Shown here piece after piece: positions 1 to 10,290 of a DNA stretch of 64,000 nt (positions are counted from its first letter, which is position 1; every line of letters starts with the position of its first letter). Origin of the DNA: Promethearchaeota archaeon (GTDB lineage: Archaea; Asgardarchaeota; Lokiarchaeia; Sigyniarchaeales; SOKP01). Location of the stretch: NCBI GenBank assembly GCA_048938855.1, contig JBHLLT010000005.1, forward strand, positions 64,001 through 128,000, read 5' to 3'. The notes beneath the pieces are model-generated. The model was given only the letters and a program-made list of their open reading frames with translations. It was not told where the DNA came from and ran no database searches. The translations under genes and the position numbers were made by a program.

Positions 1-157
1 CTAAAAGTTTTGAAATTCTCACAGCATCATCATAGAAAAATTCATAGAAATCGCCCATTCGGTAAGCAATAAGGTTTTCTGAATATTTTTTCTTAATACT
101 ATACCAATGTTGAAGCATAGGTGTTAATTCTTTAAATTTAATATCCTTGAAAGTCAT
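1..157 (-). CDS. mutS: DNA mismatch repair protein MutS, 5' end only (continues beyond window start; alternative in-frame ATG at 169)
   Basis: Manual translation [52 protein letters not shown] matches the MutS1 domain I signature TPM...[10 protein letters not shown].DA. Confidence 0.93.
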   Translation of the reverse strand, partial: MTFKDIKFKELTPMLQHWYSIKKKYSENLIAYRMGDFYEFFYDDAVRISKLL

Positions 158-271
158 ACTTTTGAGCATTAAGAATTTTAATCGAAATTTAGAATTAAAT
201 GCTATAAGTGTCTTAGTTTTTTATTGAAAATATTACTATTTATTATATTTTTAATAATTTTTATTCCTATT

Positions 272-394
272 CTAAATCCAAGGGGTTGTATCTAGAGTTT
301 CTCTCCATAGTTCTGGCATATCAAATAAATCAGGATAAAATTTCTGAATTTCTGCGATCGCTTCTAAACAACCGGTTAATTTATGAGTATTATA
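272..394 (-). pseudogene. Possible orphan 3' gene fragment (40 codons, no 5' start codon)
   Basis: Reads YNTHKLTGCLEAIAEIQKFYPDLFDMPELWRETLDTTPWI*; coding-like composition in an AT-rich spacer, preceded by stops. Confidence 0.35.
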
Positions 395-463
395 TCAAGA
401 AATGAGTCAAGATTATATTTATTCATATCAAAAAGTTAAAATTTATTAAAATAAAAAAAGGGT

Positions 464-3232
464 TTATATTTTTAGAATTCGCTTTTCTAATGTTAAATCA
501 TAAGCCTCTTTCATTGCTTCTTCATATATATCAATTTTGTATCTACTATGGAATGGACTAATTTTACTACCAAGTTTAGCTAATCTATACATTGTTTTTG
601 GGAAAGCCCTAATTCCTCTGGTAGTCACCAAGGAAGTTGCTCTTTGGAACTCTTCTAATGTATTGTCATCATACCCCCCTAATAATCCATCTAAGAAAGC
701 ATAGAAGAAGATAAAAACAAAGATACCCAATATGAACAGTATAGCGGTGTTAATGATTTTATCTCCAAGAGGAAGTGTCCAGATTAACTCACCTAAATAG
801 TATAATACAACAAAATTTATAATCGCTGAAAGAACCGGAGTTATAAACGTTTTAAATGGATACAGTTTAAATTTAATTATTTTTTTTCTGACAATCCACC
901 ATCCTATTACATCCTTTATAAATACAGCCGGAATGTAGGCGATTATTACAAGCACCATGTCTCTAAATAGAATAACAAATAGAAACATAAGTAATGCTCG
1001 AGTCGTTTGTTCAATAATCCACACCACCATGGCATAATTCGTATGCCCTGTACCTTGAAATACAGGATCAACTAACCAAGAGTATATTCCACCTGCATGG
1101 AAAAATAGTAATGGTATTAAGAACTTAACCGCAGGAGCACCGTACTCTTCACCAGCAGCTCCAACTAAAAATTTAGCTCCAGTCGCAAATAAAACAGAAA
1201 TTATGAAAAAAGCAAAATAGTTCCCCCATCTGAAAGCTTGATATATATATAATTTTGTAAGGGTTTTTTTATTATGAGAAAAAGATTCGCTATATGCCCC
1301 TAATAACGTATTCGAGTATAGAGATACAAGTTGAACAATTAATCCTAGTGTCCAGGTAAGATTAAACCAACCTAAATTATTAGAATAGTTTGCTACAAAG
1401 GTAGATGTAATTATTACTTGTATAAACCATCCTATCTGTACAAAACCTTCTCCTATCCCTAATCTTGAACCATACACTAGAGATTCTTTAACTTCTTCTT
1501 TAGAGAAATCAATTCTAAAACACGTTTTAGGTGAAAATCCCTGTTTTCTAAAAATTAAAATGGATATTAAAAATGTCATCCAGAAATCAAAGCACCTTGC
1601 TATAGCATATCCAATTCCCGCCCCTAAAGCTTCACCAAAAATAGGATTAGCAGCTCCCCATAACCGCCCAATGTAACAGAACGTAACTTGACCTACCAAT
1701 AAAAATACTACTTCCCAAGCAATATACAATATTAAGTAATAATCGGAACGTTGCATTCCTTGAAAAGTATACATGAATACTAAAAATACACCGGGATATT
1801 GTACAAAAGAATACACCACAAAAATCCAGCTCATGTGAGCAAGATTGGTATAAGGGAATATTATTGACCCAATAAACGCTATTAATGATATTTGAATAAT
1901 TCCAGTAAATATTTGCCACCATACATAAATTTGGATGTAATGAATTGCTTTTCTTGGATTGTTAACCCGATGTTGGGCAAAATATTTAGCTAATGCAAAA
2001 CTCGTTCCAAAGTCAAATAAAACCCATATGATTTGAAAGAAATTGTATGCATAATTATACCAACCCGCTGCTTGTGGATAAGGTTGTATAAATTGAGGCA
2101 TAATGTAATTTGAAACTAATAATTGTGGTAAAACTAAAATTAATCCTAAGAATAGTGTAAAAAGAAATCCACCTAATTGACGATGAACTCCTATTACTTC
2201 CCAATCATCTTTCAAATCTACGTGTTCTTCCAGTTTTTTCTCCAATGCTTCTGCTTCTTCTAATTTCTTTTTTTCTTCCTCTTCCGCTTTTAGTTTTAAA
2301 GTCTCGATAGCTTCTTGATCTATGGCAGTCCTTGATCTTTTTTTGACAACAATGAATAAACCAATCGCTAACACAGCTAAAATCGCAATAATTATTCCTA
2401 TTATTATTTGGTCTAAAAGATGAGGAACTGGTGAATAAGGCCATACTGGATAGATTTGATAAGATGAGGATAAACTTTCAAAGATTAAACCATATAATAG
2501 ATAATTAAAATAAGGCCACACTTTAAAATCTAAATTCGCATTAGCTTCTAACCATCCTGAAAACAATATTACTTTCCCGCTTCCTTTTGTTCTTTCTATC
2601 ATAAGAGGTTGTCGATATAAGTCAATTTGTAAGTTTTTTGATGCTGGATAAACATCAACCATTCTTTTCACAGAGGAATTTAAACTAGCTATTGGAATTA
2701 TCGTCATATTATTAACTTTCATCTCAGGAGCGGAATTCCAATCTATATTCTTAGAAATTGAATAAGAAGCATTATTTACAATTGAAAGCATAATTTCTTG
2801 GTTCTTACTCTTTTCCGCTTCAAATAATGCGTTGTCTATTAAACCAAGCTCCTCCAATAAGGTAGCATTCTCATGTAAATTTTGACCCATAAAAATTATA
2901 ACAGATCCTCCTGTATTAACAAAATTAGATATAATTTGTTGTTCTGAAGAATTAAATTGAACATCGAATAGAATAATGGTTTCAATCCAAGAGCCAATGG
3001 ATACTAATGGTTCACTATCAGAAATAGTTGAGATATTAAAATTTTCCTTATCAATCCCAAGACTCTGAGCAAACAAACTATCGTTTCCTTTGCTGATAAA
3101 TAATATGTTTTTTGCCTCTGTTGCTTGAGCGAAAGATGGTTTTATCAAAAAAAATACAAAGATATTGCTAGCTAGTAATACTAGTAAGCTAATTACTAAT
3201 ATTTTTGAGATTTTGTGGTTAGATTTTGACAT
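464..3232 (-). CDS. Membrane protein: signal peptide, extracellular class-I GATase-like-fold domain, TM/coiled linker and MOP-superfamily (Wzx/MurJ/MATE-like) flippase domain
   Basis: N-terminal hydrophobic helix; 'IILFD..FVNTGGSVIIF..GSGKVILF' GATase-like pattern; about 12-14 TM helices with 'DFGTSFALAKYFA' Wzx-like motif. Confidence 0.65.
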   Translation of the reverse strand: MSKSNHKISKILVISLLVLLASNIFVFFLIKPSFAQATEAKNILFISKGNDSLFAQSLGIDKENFNISTISDSEPLVSIGSWIETIILFDVQFNSSEQQIISNFVNTGGSVIIFMGQNLHENATLLEELGLIDNALFEAEKSKNQEIMLSIVNNASYSISKNIDWNSAPEMKVNNMTIIPIASLNSSVKRMVDVYPASKNLQIDLYRQPLMIERTKGSGKVILFSGWLEANANLDFKVWPYFNYLLYGLIFESLSSSYQIYPVWPYSPVPHLLDQIIIGIIIAILAVLAIGLFIVVKKRSRTAIDQEAIETLKLKAEEEEKKKLEEAEALEKKLEEHVDLKDDWEVIGVHRQLGGFLFTLFLGLILVLPQLLVSNYIMPQFIQPYPQAAGWYNYAYNFFQIIWVLFDFGTSFALAKYFAQHRVNNPRKAIHYIQIYVWWQIFTGIIQISLIAFIGSIIFPYTNLAHMSWIFVVYSFVQYPGVFLVFMYTFQGMQRSDYYLILYIAWEVVFLLVGQVTFCYIGRLWGAANPIFGEALGAGIGYAIARCFDFWMTFLISILIFRKQGFSPKTCFRIDFSKEEVKESLVYGSRLGIGEGFVQIGWFIQVIITSTFVANYSNNLGWFNLTWTLGLIVQLVSLYSNTLLGAYSESFSHNKKTLTKLYIYQAFRWGNYFAFFIISVLFATGAKFLVGAAGEEYGAPAVKFLIPLLFFHAGGIYSWLVDPVFQGTGHTNYAMVVWIIEQTTRALLMFLFVILFRDMVLVIIAYIPAVFIKDVIGWWIVRKKIIKFKLYPFKTFITPVLSAIINFVVLYYLGELIWTLPLGDKIINTAILFILGIFVFIFFYAFLDGLLGGYDDNTLEEFQRATSLVTTRGIRAFPKTMYRLAKLGSKISPFHSRYKIDIYEEAMKEAYDLTLEKRILKI

Positions 3233-3306
3233 TTATATCAATATTATTTAATTAAATTCAATAAATAGTAATGAAATATCACATTATTTATAACTTTATT
3301 ATTATT

Positions 3307-4152
3307 TTATAAATGCTTCTGGAGCCATACGTACATATCTTGATATACTTGAGCTCTATTTTTTTCATTCCACAAATCATGCAAGAAATCGGCATATTCT
3401 TTATAGGTTTTATCACTACTTCTAGCCTTATCAAAGAATTCTTTAGTTTTTGAAGAGTCTGCTATTTTGTCTGAACCCGATTGCATGATTAAGGTTGGAC
3501 AGAGTAGATTTGATGCATTATCCATTGCCCATTTTGAAAATTGATCAATATCCGTTGCAGATTTTGCAGACATGACGTTAATCTTGTTTTTATCTGCAAT
3601 ATACTCTCTTAATATTTTTAAATCACTTGTTAATTGATTTTGATCAACGTTATAGTCTAACATTTTATTAGGTGACAATTTAGTAATAGTTTTAGATATA
3701 GATTTTATTACTTTTTTACCCAATGATAACTTTAAGTACATTCCTAATAACGGAGATGAAACTAATACTCCTGATAAATTCGGATGATGAATAGCAAAAA
3801 CTAGACTAATTAAACCCCCAAACGAATGACCCATCATAAAGATTTTTTTCTCATTCGCAATGGTTTTGATGAAATCCATAAAAAGAAGAATATCTTTTAA
3901 GATGTGATCCACACTGTCAATATGACCAGGTATATTCCCTGTATTTTTCCCATGCCCTCTTAAATCAAAAGCATAAATAGCATATCCATTTCCAGTCAAA
4001 TATTCTGAAACGTTTTTTAATCTGTCAGAACTAGTTCCCCAACCATGGAGAGCTATAATATATGCCTTAATTTCTCCAGTATCCGGTAGCCAACATTGAT
4101 AGAATAATTTTTTCAATTCTCTTCCTTCAAAAATTCCTGTTTCATTTTTCAT
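3307..4152 (-). CDS. Alpha/beta hydrolase, lysophospholipase/monoacylglycerol lipase-like
   Basis: HG oxyanion motif, DLRGHG, GHSFG nucleophile elbow, D..HDL triad residues. Confidence 0.9.
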   Translation of the reverse strand: MKNETGIFEGRELKKLFYQCWLPDTGEIKAYIIALHGWGTSSDRLKNVSEYLTGNGYAIYAFDLRGHGKNTGNIPGHIDSVDHILKDILLFMDFIKTIANEKKIFMMGHSFGGLISLVFAIHHPNLSGVLVSSPLLGMYLKLSLGKKVIKSISKTITKLSPNKMLDYNVDQNQLTSDLKILREYIADKNKINVMSAKSATDIDQFSKWAMDNASNLLCPTLIMQSGSDKIADSSKTKEFFDKARSSDKTYKEYADFLHDLWNEKNRAQVYQDMYVWLQKHL

Positions 4153-4358
4153 ATTACAATCACATAGACTTTAGAAAACCTTATTTTTGATTTATTGAAT
4201 TATAATCTCTTTTTCTTATAAATATTATTTCATTTAATAAATTGACAATCAAATTAACTTTTTTTAAAGTTAACCTACAAAGAAATATAAAAAAATTTTA
4301 TATTGTTCGGTAAACTTCATAATAAATAATATTTAACCAATTTTCTTCATTTTGAAAT

Positions 4359-4946
4359 ATGATTGAATCAGAAAATATTGAAATTATCATCCATGGGCGA
4401 GGAGGTCAGGGAGCGGTGACCGCCTGTGAGATTATCGCAGAGGCTGCTTATTTAAGTGGAAATTTTGTTGATGTACATGCATATCCTTCATTTGGAGCAG
4501 AAAGACGGGGTGCTCCCGTGCAAGCATTTGCAAAACTCTCTCGAACTGAGACTATTTGGGATAGAGCACAGATAGAGCGACCAAATGTTCTCATTGTATT
4601 TGATGAAACTGTACTGAATCAAGAAATTGTTTCTTCCCTTAGAGAAGGTGGGATATTTATTATTAATTCTGATAAAGACCCTGAATTTTTTATTACTAAG
4701 TTCAATATAAGCGGAGATACAAAAATAGTTGTGGCTGATATAAGCAACTTAGCAATTGAAAAAGATTTAACTATAGAGGGAAATCCAGTAATTAATACAC
4801 CCATTCTGGGTCTACTTTCAAAAGCTTTACCTGATCTTTATTTAGAAAATTTAAAATCTGTAGTTCTTAAACGCATGGGAGAAAAATTGGGCAAAATAAA
4901 CTATGAATTGATTGAGCAAGGATATAATTTAGCAAAAATTAAGTGA
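4359..4946 (+). CDS. porG: Pyruvate/2-oxoacid:ferredoxin oxidoreductase gamma subunit
   Basis: HGRGGQGAVT, PSFGAERRGAPV, NTPILG motifs. Confidence 0.93.
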   Translation: MIESENIEIIIHGRGGQGAVTACEIIAEAAYLSGNFVDVHAYPSFGAERRGAPVQAFAKLSRTETIWDRAQIERPNVLIVFDETVLNQEIVSSLREGGIFIINSDKDPEFFITKFNISGDTKIVVADISNLAIEKDLTIEGNPVINTPILGLLSKALPDLYLENLKSVVLKRMGEKLGKINYELIEQGYNLAKIK

Positions 4947-4951
4947 TATTT

Positions 4952-7900
4952 TTATTTAGAGTGTAATGAATTGTATGGTAATTTTACAATAAACGAACTA
5001 CCCATATTTCTACCTTCTGATTCTGCCCTAATTGTCCCTCCATGTAAATTCACAATTTCTTTTGAGATAAATAGTCCCAATCCCGAACCTTGAATATTGA
5101 TATATTCTAATCCATTTCCATATCTTTCTAATTTTCCAAATCTAGTAAAAAGAATATTCATTTCATCTGTTGTTAATCCTATTCCTGTATCAGATACAGA
5201 GATTTCCACCCAATTATCTATTTTCTTTAGTCTAACAGTAATATTTCCGTTAGGAGGTGTGTTCTTTATAGCATTAGATAAAAGATTTAGTATAACTTGT
5301 TCCATTCTTATTCTATCAATTTCTAAATATAAACTATCCGCAATGTCAAGTTTTAAAGTTAGATCTCGCCTTCTTATGAGGTACATTAATTCTTTTATAC
5401 ACTCTTTTATTATTTGGCTGAAATCATATAAATCTTTTTCCAATTTGAATTTCTGATATTCTATGCGTGTTATATCAACCAAATTATCGACTAAATATTT
5501 CAACCGTTTTCCTCCTTTTTCAATCATCTCAATAAGCTCTTTTGGCTCATCTTTAAATTGATCAATAAAAGAATCTAAAAGAAGTTCGGCAGCTCCACAA
5601 ACAGAAACCAAAGGAGTTTTCAATTCATGAGAGACTCGTGAAATTAAATCCTTTCTTATTTGATCTAATTCTTTTAATTTGATAATTTCTTCTTCTATAA
5701 GGAGATCGGCTTGTTTTTGTTCAGTTATATCATTTATAACTGTCTGTAATAAAATTTCATTACCTAATTTGACTAGAGATGATTGGTATTCTATCCAAAT
5801 TAAACTCCCATTTTTTTTATATAATTGCATTTCTAATGGAGGTAGAATTTCACCCAATAAAACCCTTCGAAATCGTTTTAACAATATTGGTACATAATCA
5901 GGATGAATTGCTGGAAGATCTTTAAACTTGAATCCAACTAATTCATCTCGACGAAATCCCAACATTTTTTCAATAGAGGGATTACAATAAACAATTTTTC
6001 CCAATTTATCAATTAAAGCTATTGAAAATGGGACAGATTCAATTAAATTTCTATATCTTAATTCTGATTCCTTTAACTTCTTTTCCAATTCAAATTTCTC
6101 TGTAATGTCTGAAATTACTCCCTGTATTAGAACTGGAATGGCTTCATTTTTTCTGATTATATGAGAGTTTATTTGTACAACTATTTTTTCACCATTTTTC
6201 TTTACTGCATTGACTATATAATTTTTAACGAAACCTTTATTTTTTAATTCCGTTAAATAAACTTCTCGTTCCTCTGGTTTTTGCCAAAATTCATGGATAT
6301 CCTTATTTATTAAATCTTCAGAGGAATCATATCCCAATATCTCACAAAATCTAGGATTATGGTTTACCAACAATCCTTCCCAATTTAGTTGATAAAATCC
6401 TAAATCTAAATGGTTAATCATATTCCGATATTTTTCCTCTGATTCTTTCAGTTTTTGTTCTGTTTTTTTTCGCTCTTCAGTTACTCGCGTAATTAAAAGA
6501 ATTTTTAACTCTTCATTTTTATCTTTAATTGCTGATCCACTGGTTTCTGTCCAAACATACCTCCCATCTTTATTCTTTATTCTTGCCTCAACAAATCCGC
6601 CTCTGGACTTGAAAGATTTTACAAATTCTCGTAAAACAATTTCCCGATCATCTGGATGGATCAAATCGAGTCCTTTTCTTCCAATAACATCATCTTCGAC
6701 ATATCCCATTACTCTTTTATGAACTTGTTCATTTATATATTCGATTTTCATCTTTGTATCTGTTATAGTGATTAAATCATTAGCATTTTCTGAAATAATT
6801 CGATATTTTTCCTCGGATTCTCTCAATTTTTGCTCTGCAATTTTACGATTGGTAATATCATTAATAAAAGCAAAGGATCCCTTAAACTCTCCACTTTCAT
6901 TAAAAATTGGAGCGGCATTTATACTTGTACTTAATAGTGTTCCATCTTTTTTTATAAGATCAAGTTCATAAGTATCCTTAAACCCCTTTTCCCTTCGTTT
7001 TCGATAGCTGTCGATTAATTCTATCATTGAATCCTTTAAAAATAAATGTAGACTTTTCCCCATTAACTCCTCTCTAGTATATCCCAGCATTTCGCACAAT
7101 TTTGGATTAACAAAGATGGTAATGTCGTTTTTATCCACTGCCCACACACCTTCATGGGCATTTTCTACTAAATTCCTATACTTTTCTTCAGATTCTTTTA
7201 ATTTCTGCTGAGTTTCTTTTTGTGCTGATATATCCATTAGTACAATTTGAATGAATTCGTTCGTTCCAATTCTAATCTTTGATGCTGTAGCAGAATTCCA
7301 TATTACTGGACCTATTGTACGATGGATTGGAAATTCAAAATTTAAAGTCTTCCCAGTTTTAATTAATTCAGTAAATATTTTGTTAAATAAATCAATTAAA
7401 GGTTTTTCCTTATCATTGTAGGACCAAAACACTCTATAGTTTTTTCCAACATAATCTTCTAACGTATGGGTAGATAATAAGGTATTTGAGGCACTATTGC
7501 AATCTAATAAATTACCTTCTAAATCAAATAAACCTATAGGATATGGAGCTTTATTGAACAATTGATAAAACTTCTCTTCTGATTCCATTAATTTTTTTTC
7601 AGCTGATTTTCGTTCAGTAATATCTATTACAGTGACTAAATTTGCTGATCTTCCCTTGTATAAAATTGTTTTCGAAAAGTTTTCTAACCAAATTGTTTCA
7701 CCTGTTTTTTTAATTAAACGATATTGATAATAATGTTTAACATCTTTTGCTCCAGCTTGTTTTTTTCTTGCTTGTTCTACAACCCAGCCTCTATCTTCAA
7801 AATGAATTACATTTACAAACCATCCAGGTTCCCAATTCTTTACTTCTTCAACCGTGTAACCTATTAAATCAGCCAATTTTTGATTCATATATTTGATTAA

Positions 7901-8401
7901 ATCATCTTGAATAATACATATACCTAATAAAGACTGATCGGTAATTGGACGATATATTTCTTCTGATTCTCTTAATTCTTGAGTTTTTAAATTGATTATT
8001 TGTTCTAATTCTTTTCTATACTTTATTTCTTCCTCTCTTTTTTTAGTTATATCACGAAATAACCCATAAAATCCGACTTTATTCCCATTAGAATCATGTT
8101 TTAAATAGACAGAAGTTTCACCAATAACTTTTTCTCCCGCTTTATTCTTAAATTGATATTCAAAATCATTTAGTGGGACTCCAGTATTGTAAACAGAATT
8201 AAATCCATCATACACTATCTTACTGTTTTCTTCATCAGCGATACTTTTATAAGATAATCCTAATAGTTCTTCTCTTGAATAACCTGTGAGTCTACATAAT
8301 GAATCATTAAAAAAGGTAAAATTGCCTTTTAAATCAACTTCGAAATAAGCCTCATTAATGTTCTCAATTATTAATAGAAATTTATCTTTGGAAAATTCCA
8401 A
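4952..8401 (-). CDS. Cytoplasmic sensor histidine kinase with 7 tandem PAS domains
   Basis: Repeated 'ESEEKYR...DITE.K' PAS/PAC units; H-box SHELKTPL; N-box NLLSNAIK; G1 DTGIG; G2 GSGLGL; no TM helices. Confidence 0.95.
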   Translation of the reverse strand: MEFSKDKFLLIIENINEAYFEVDLKGNFTFFNDSLCRLTGYSREELLGLSYKSIADEENSKIVYDGFNSVYNTGVPLNDFEYQFKNKAGEKVIGETSVYLKHDSNGNKVGFYGLFRDITKKREEEIKYRKELEQIINLKTQELRESEEIYRPITDQSLLGICIIQDDLIKYMNQKLADLIGYTVEEVKNWEPGWFVNVIHFEDRGWVVEQARKKQAGAKDVKHYYQYRLIKKTGETIWLENFSKTILYKGRSANLVTVIDITERKSAEKKLMESEEKFYQLFNKAPYPIGLFDLEGNLLDCNSASNTLLSTHTLEDYVGKNYRVFWSYNDKEKPLIDLFNKIFTELIKTGKTLNFEFPIHRTIGPVIWNSATASKIRIGTNEFIQIVLMDISAQKETQQKLKESEEKYRNLVENAHEGVWAVDKNDITIFVNPKLCEMLGYTREELMGKSLHLFLKDSMIELIDSYRKRREKGFKDTYELDLIKKDGTLLSTSINAAPIFNESGEFKGSFAFINDITNRKIAEQKLRESEEKYRIISENANDLITITDTKMKIEYINEQVHKRVMGYVEDDVIGRKGLDLIHPDDREIVLREFVKSFKSRGGFVEARIKNKDGRYVWTETSGSAIKDKNEELKILLITRVTEERKKTEQKLKESEEKYRNMINHLDLGFYQLNWEGLLVNHNPRFCEILGYDSSEDLINKDIHEFWQKPEEREVYLTELKNKGFVKNYIVNAVKKNGEKIVVQINSHIIRKNEAIPVLIQGVISDITEKFELEKKLKESELRYRNLIESVPFSIALIDKLGKIVYCNPSIEKMLGFRRDELVGFKFKDLPAIHPDYVPILLKRFRRVLLGEILPPLEMQLYKKNGSLIWIEYQSSLVKLGNEILLQTVINDITEQKQADLLIEEEIIKLKELDQIRKDLISRVSHELKTPLVSVCGAAELLLDSFIDQFKDEPKELIEMIEKGGKRLKYLVDNLVDITRIEYQKFKLEKDLYDFSQIIKECIKELMYLIRRRDLTLKLDIADSLYLEIDRIRMEQVILNLLSNAIKNTPPNGNITVRLKKIDNWVEISVSDTGIGLTTDEMNILFTRFGKLERYGNGLEYINIQGSGLGLFISKEIVNLHGGTIRAESEGRNMGSSFIVKLPYNSLHSK

Positions 8402-8695
8402 TTTTAACCCTTACCTGCTATTTTTTTGATTCTTATTGAAAAAATGCGACTAAAGATAGAAGTGGTAACTTTTTACTATAGGTTTAATAAAATATTTAGT
8501 ATTTAATTTTAATTTAAAAAGCAATTTTTCCATTATACTTGAAATTCTATACTTATCTTAATAATTTTAAAGCTAATCTTAATAAACTAAGTTAAACTTG
8601 CTGTACTCTTTTATTTTTATAAATGGTAAGAATTAAAAACTTACGTACGTTTGATTCCATACAGAATCTCATTTATAACTACTTTTGATGTATAG

Positions 8696-8995
8696 ATGAC
8701 TGACTCAAAAAAAGATTATCAAAAAATATTAGGATCGGTCCAAAAACCGGTAATTGGTGAAGCAGGCGAAACTGGAACATGGAGTTCAAAAAAACCAATA
8801 ATCAATTTAGAAAAATGCATACCCGTTAAATCTGGAAAGCCTAGTTGTTTTAATTGCTGGCTTTATTGTCCTGAAGCAGTAATAACGAGATCAATTCCTC
8901 CTAAGATCGATTTGGTCCATTGTAAAGGATGTGGAATTTGTATGGAAGAATGTCCAGTGAAAGCGATTAAAATGGAGGAGGTGAAAACTGAATGA
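8696..8995 (+). CDS. porD: Pyruvate/2-oxoacid:ferredoxin oxidoreductase delta subunit (2x[4Fe-4S])
   Basis: TGTW..KP, C..CFNCWLYCP and CKGCGICMEECP motifs. Confidence 0.92.
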   Translation: MTDSKKDYQKILGSVQKPVIGEAGETGTWSSKKPIINLEKCIPVKSGKPSCFNCWLYCPEAVITRSIPPKIDLVHCKGCGICMEECPVKAIKMEEVKTE

Positions 8996-10290
8996 CCATA
9001 ATTGAAGAGGAAAAAAAACATATGAGCGAAAATGTCATGATTTTAACTGGAAATCATGCTGCAGCCCATGCTTTTAGGCAAGCTAGAGTAGGTGTAGTAT
9101 CCGCTTATCCAATCACACCCCAAAGTCCTGTCGTTGAAAAAATTGCTGAATTTATATATGAAGGAAAATTAAAAGCTAGGTTCGTCAAGGTTGAATCTGA
9201 ACATTCAGCTTTAGCCGTATGTTGTGCTGCTTCCGCAACAGGATCTAGAGTTGGGACTGCAACATCTGCTCATGGTTTAGAATTAATGTATGAATTACTT
9301 CCATGGGCGGCAGGAAACAGACTACCTATCATCATTAATCTCGCAACAAGATCTCTTGGAGCGCCATGGTCAGTTTGGACAGACCATTCTGATTTTATTA
9401 CAATAAGAGATGTTGGCTGGATACAGTTTATGTGTGAAAATAATCAGGAGATCTACGATACAAATCTTCAAGCATTTAAAATTGCTGAAGATTCACGAGT
9501 TTTTCTGCCTGCGATAGTAGCATATGATGGATATATCCTAAGTCATACTATGATGCCAGTTAAATTAGAAAATCAAGATAGTATTGACAAATTTTTACCT
9601 CCTATAAACCACCACATTAATTTGTCTGATATTTCTCAAGTAAAAGGTATAGATCCCGTAACAACACCTCATATAGTTAAACGCGCTGAAGGAACTGCTC
9701 CTGGCTATTATGAATATCGATATGCTCTACAAAAATCGTTGGAAAATTCAATTGATATAATAAAGGAAGTTCATGATGAGTTTGCTGCCAAATTTGGAAG
9801 ATCTTATGGGAACGGGATATATAAAGAAGTTCAAACTGAAGATGCTGATACAATTATTTTTGCTATGGGATCAGTTGCATCTCAAGCGAGAGTTGCAATC
9901 AAAAAATTAAGAGCGGAAGGTTTAAAGATCGGGATCTTAAGTCTTAAGTTATTTAGACCCTTTCCACATGAAGAAATGAAAGAATTCTTCAAAGATAGAA
10001 AGAATATAATTGTTTTTGATAGGGATATTGGATATGGTTACGAGGGGGTGTTATCTTATGAATTAAAAGCTGCTCTTTATGGATTAAAAAACAGACCAAA
10101 TATTAAGGGTTTTATTGTAGGATTAGGGGGTAGAGATGTAAAAACTGAGCATATTATTGAAGGTGTTTATAAAGCTTTGGATGAATTTAACAAGGGAATA
10201 TCCACCAATAAAACTGATTTCTTAGGTCTGAGATTAGATGAATTGAAAGATTATGATGAATCAACATATTTTAAAAGTGGAGGATGTTAA
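8992..10290 (+). CDS. porA: Pyruvate/2-oxoacid:ferredoxin oxidoreductase alpha subunit
   Basis: GNHAAA, AYPITPQ, ESEHSA, TATSAHG, FRPFP, GLGGRD. Confidence 0.95.
   Translation: MTIIEEEKKHMSENVMILTGNHAAAHAFRQARVGVVSAYPITPQSPVVEKIAEFIYEGKLKARFVKVESEHSALAVCCAASATGSRVGTATSAHGLELMYELLPWAAGNRLPIIINLATRSLGAPWSVWTDHSDFITIRDVGWIQFMCENNQEIYDTNLQAFKIAEDSRVFLPAIVAYDGYILSHTMMPVKLENQDSIDKFLPPINHHINLSDISQVKGIDPVTTPHIVKRAEGTAPGYYEYRYALQKSLENSIDIIKEVHDEFAAKFGRSYGNGIYKEVQTEDADTIIFAMGSVASQARVAIKKLRAEGLKIGILSLKLFRPFPHEEMKEFFKDRKNIIVFDRDIGYGYEGVLSYELKAALYGLKNRPNIKGFIVGLGGRDVKTEHIIEGVYKALDEFNKGISTNKTDFLGLRLDELKDYDESTYFKSGGC

Noticed and set aside
4952-8401. Repeats within the kinase as a DNA repeat array
   Set aside because: They are diverged PAS-domain protein repeats, not a CRISPR or tandem DNA repeat.
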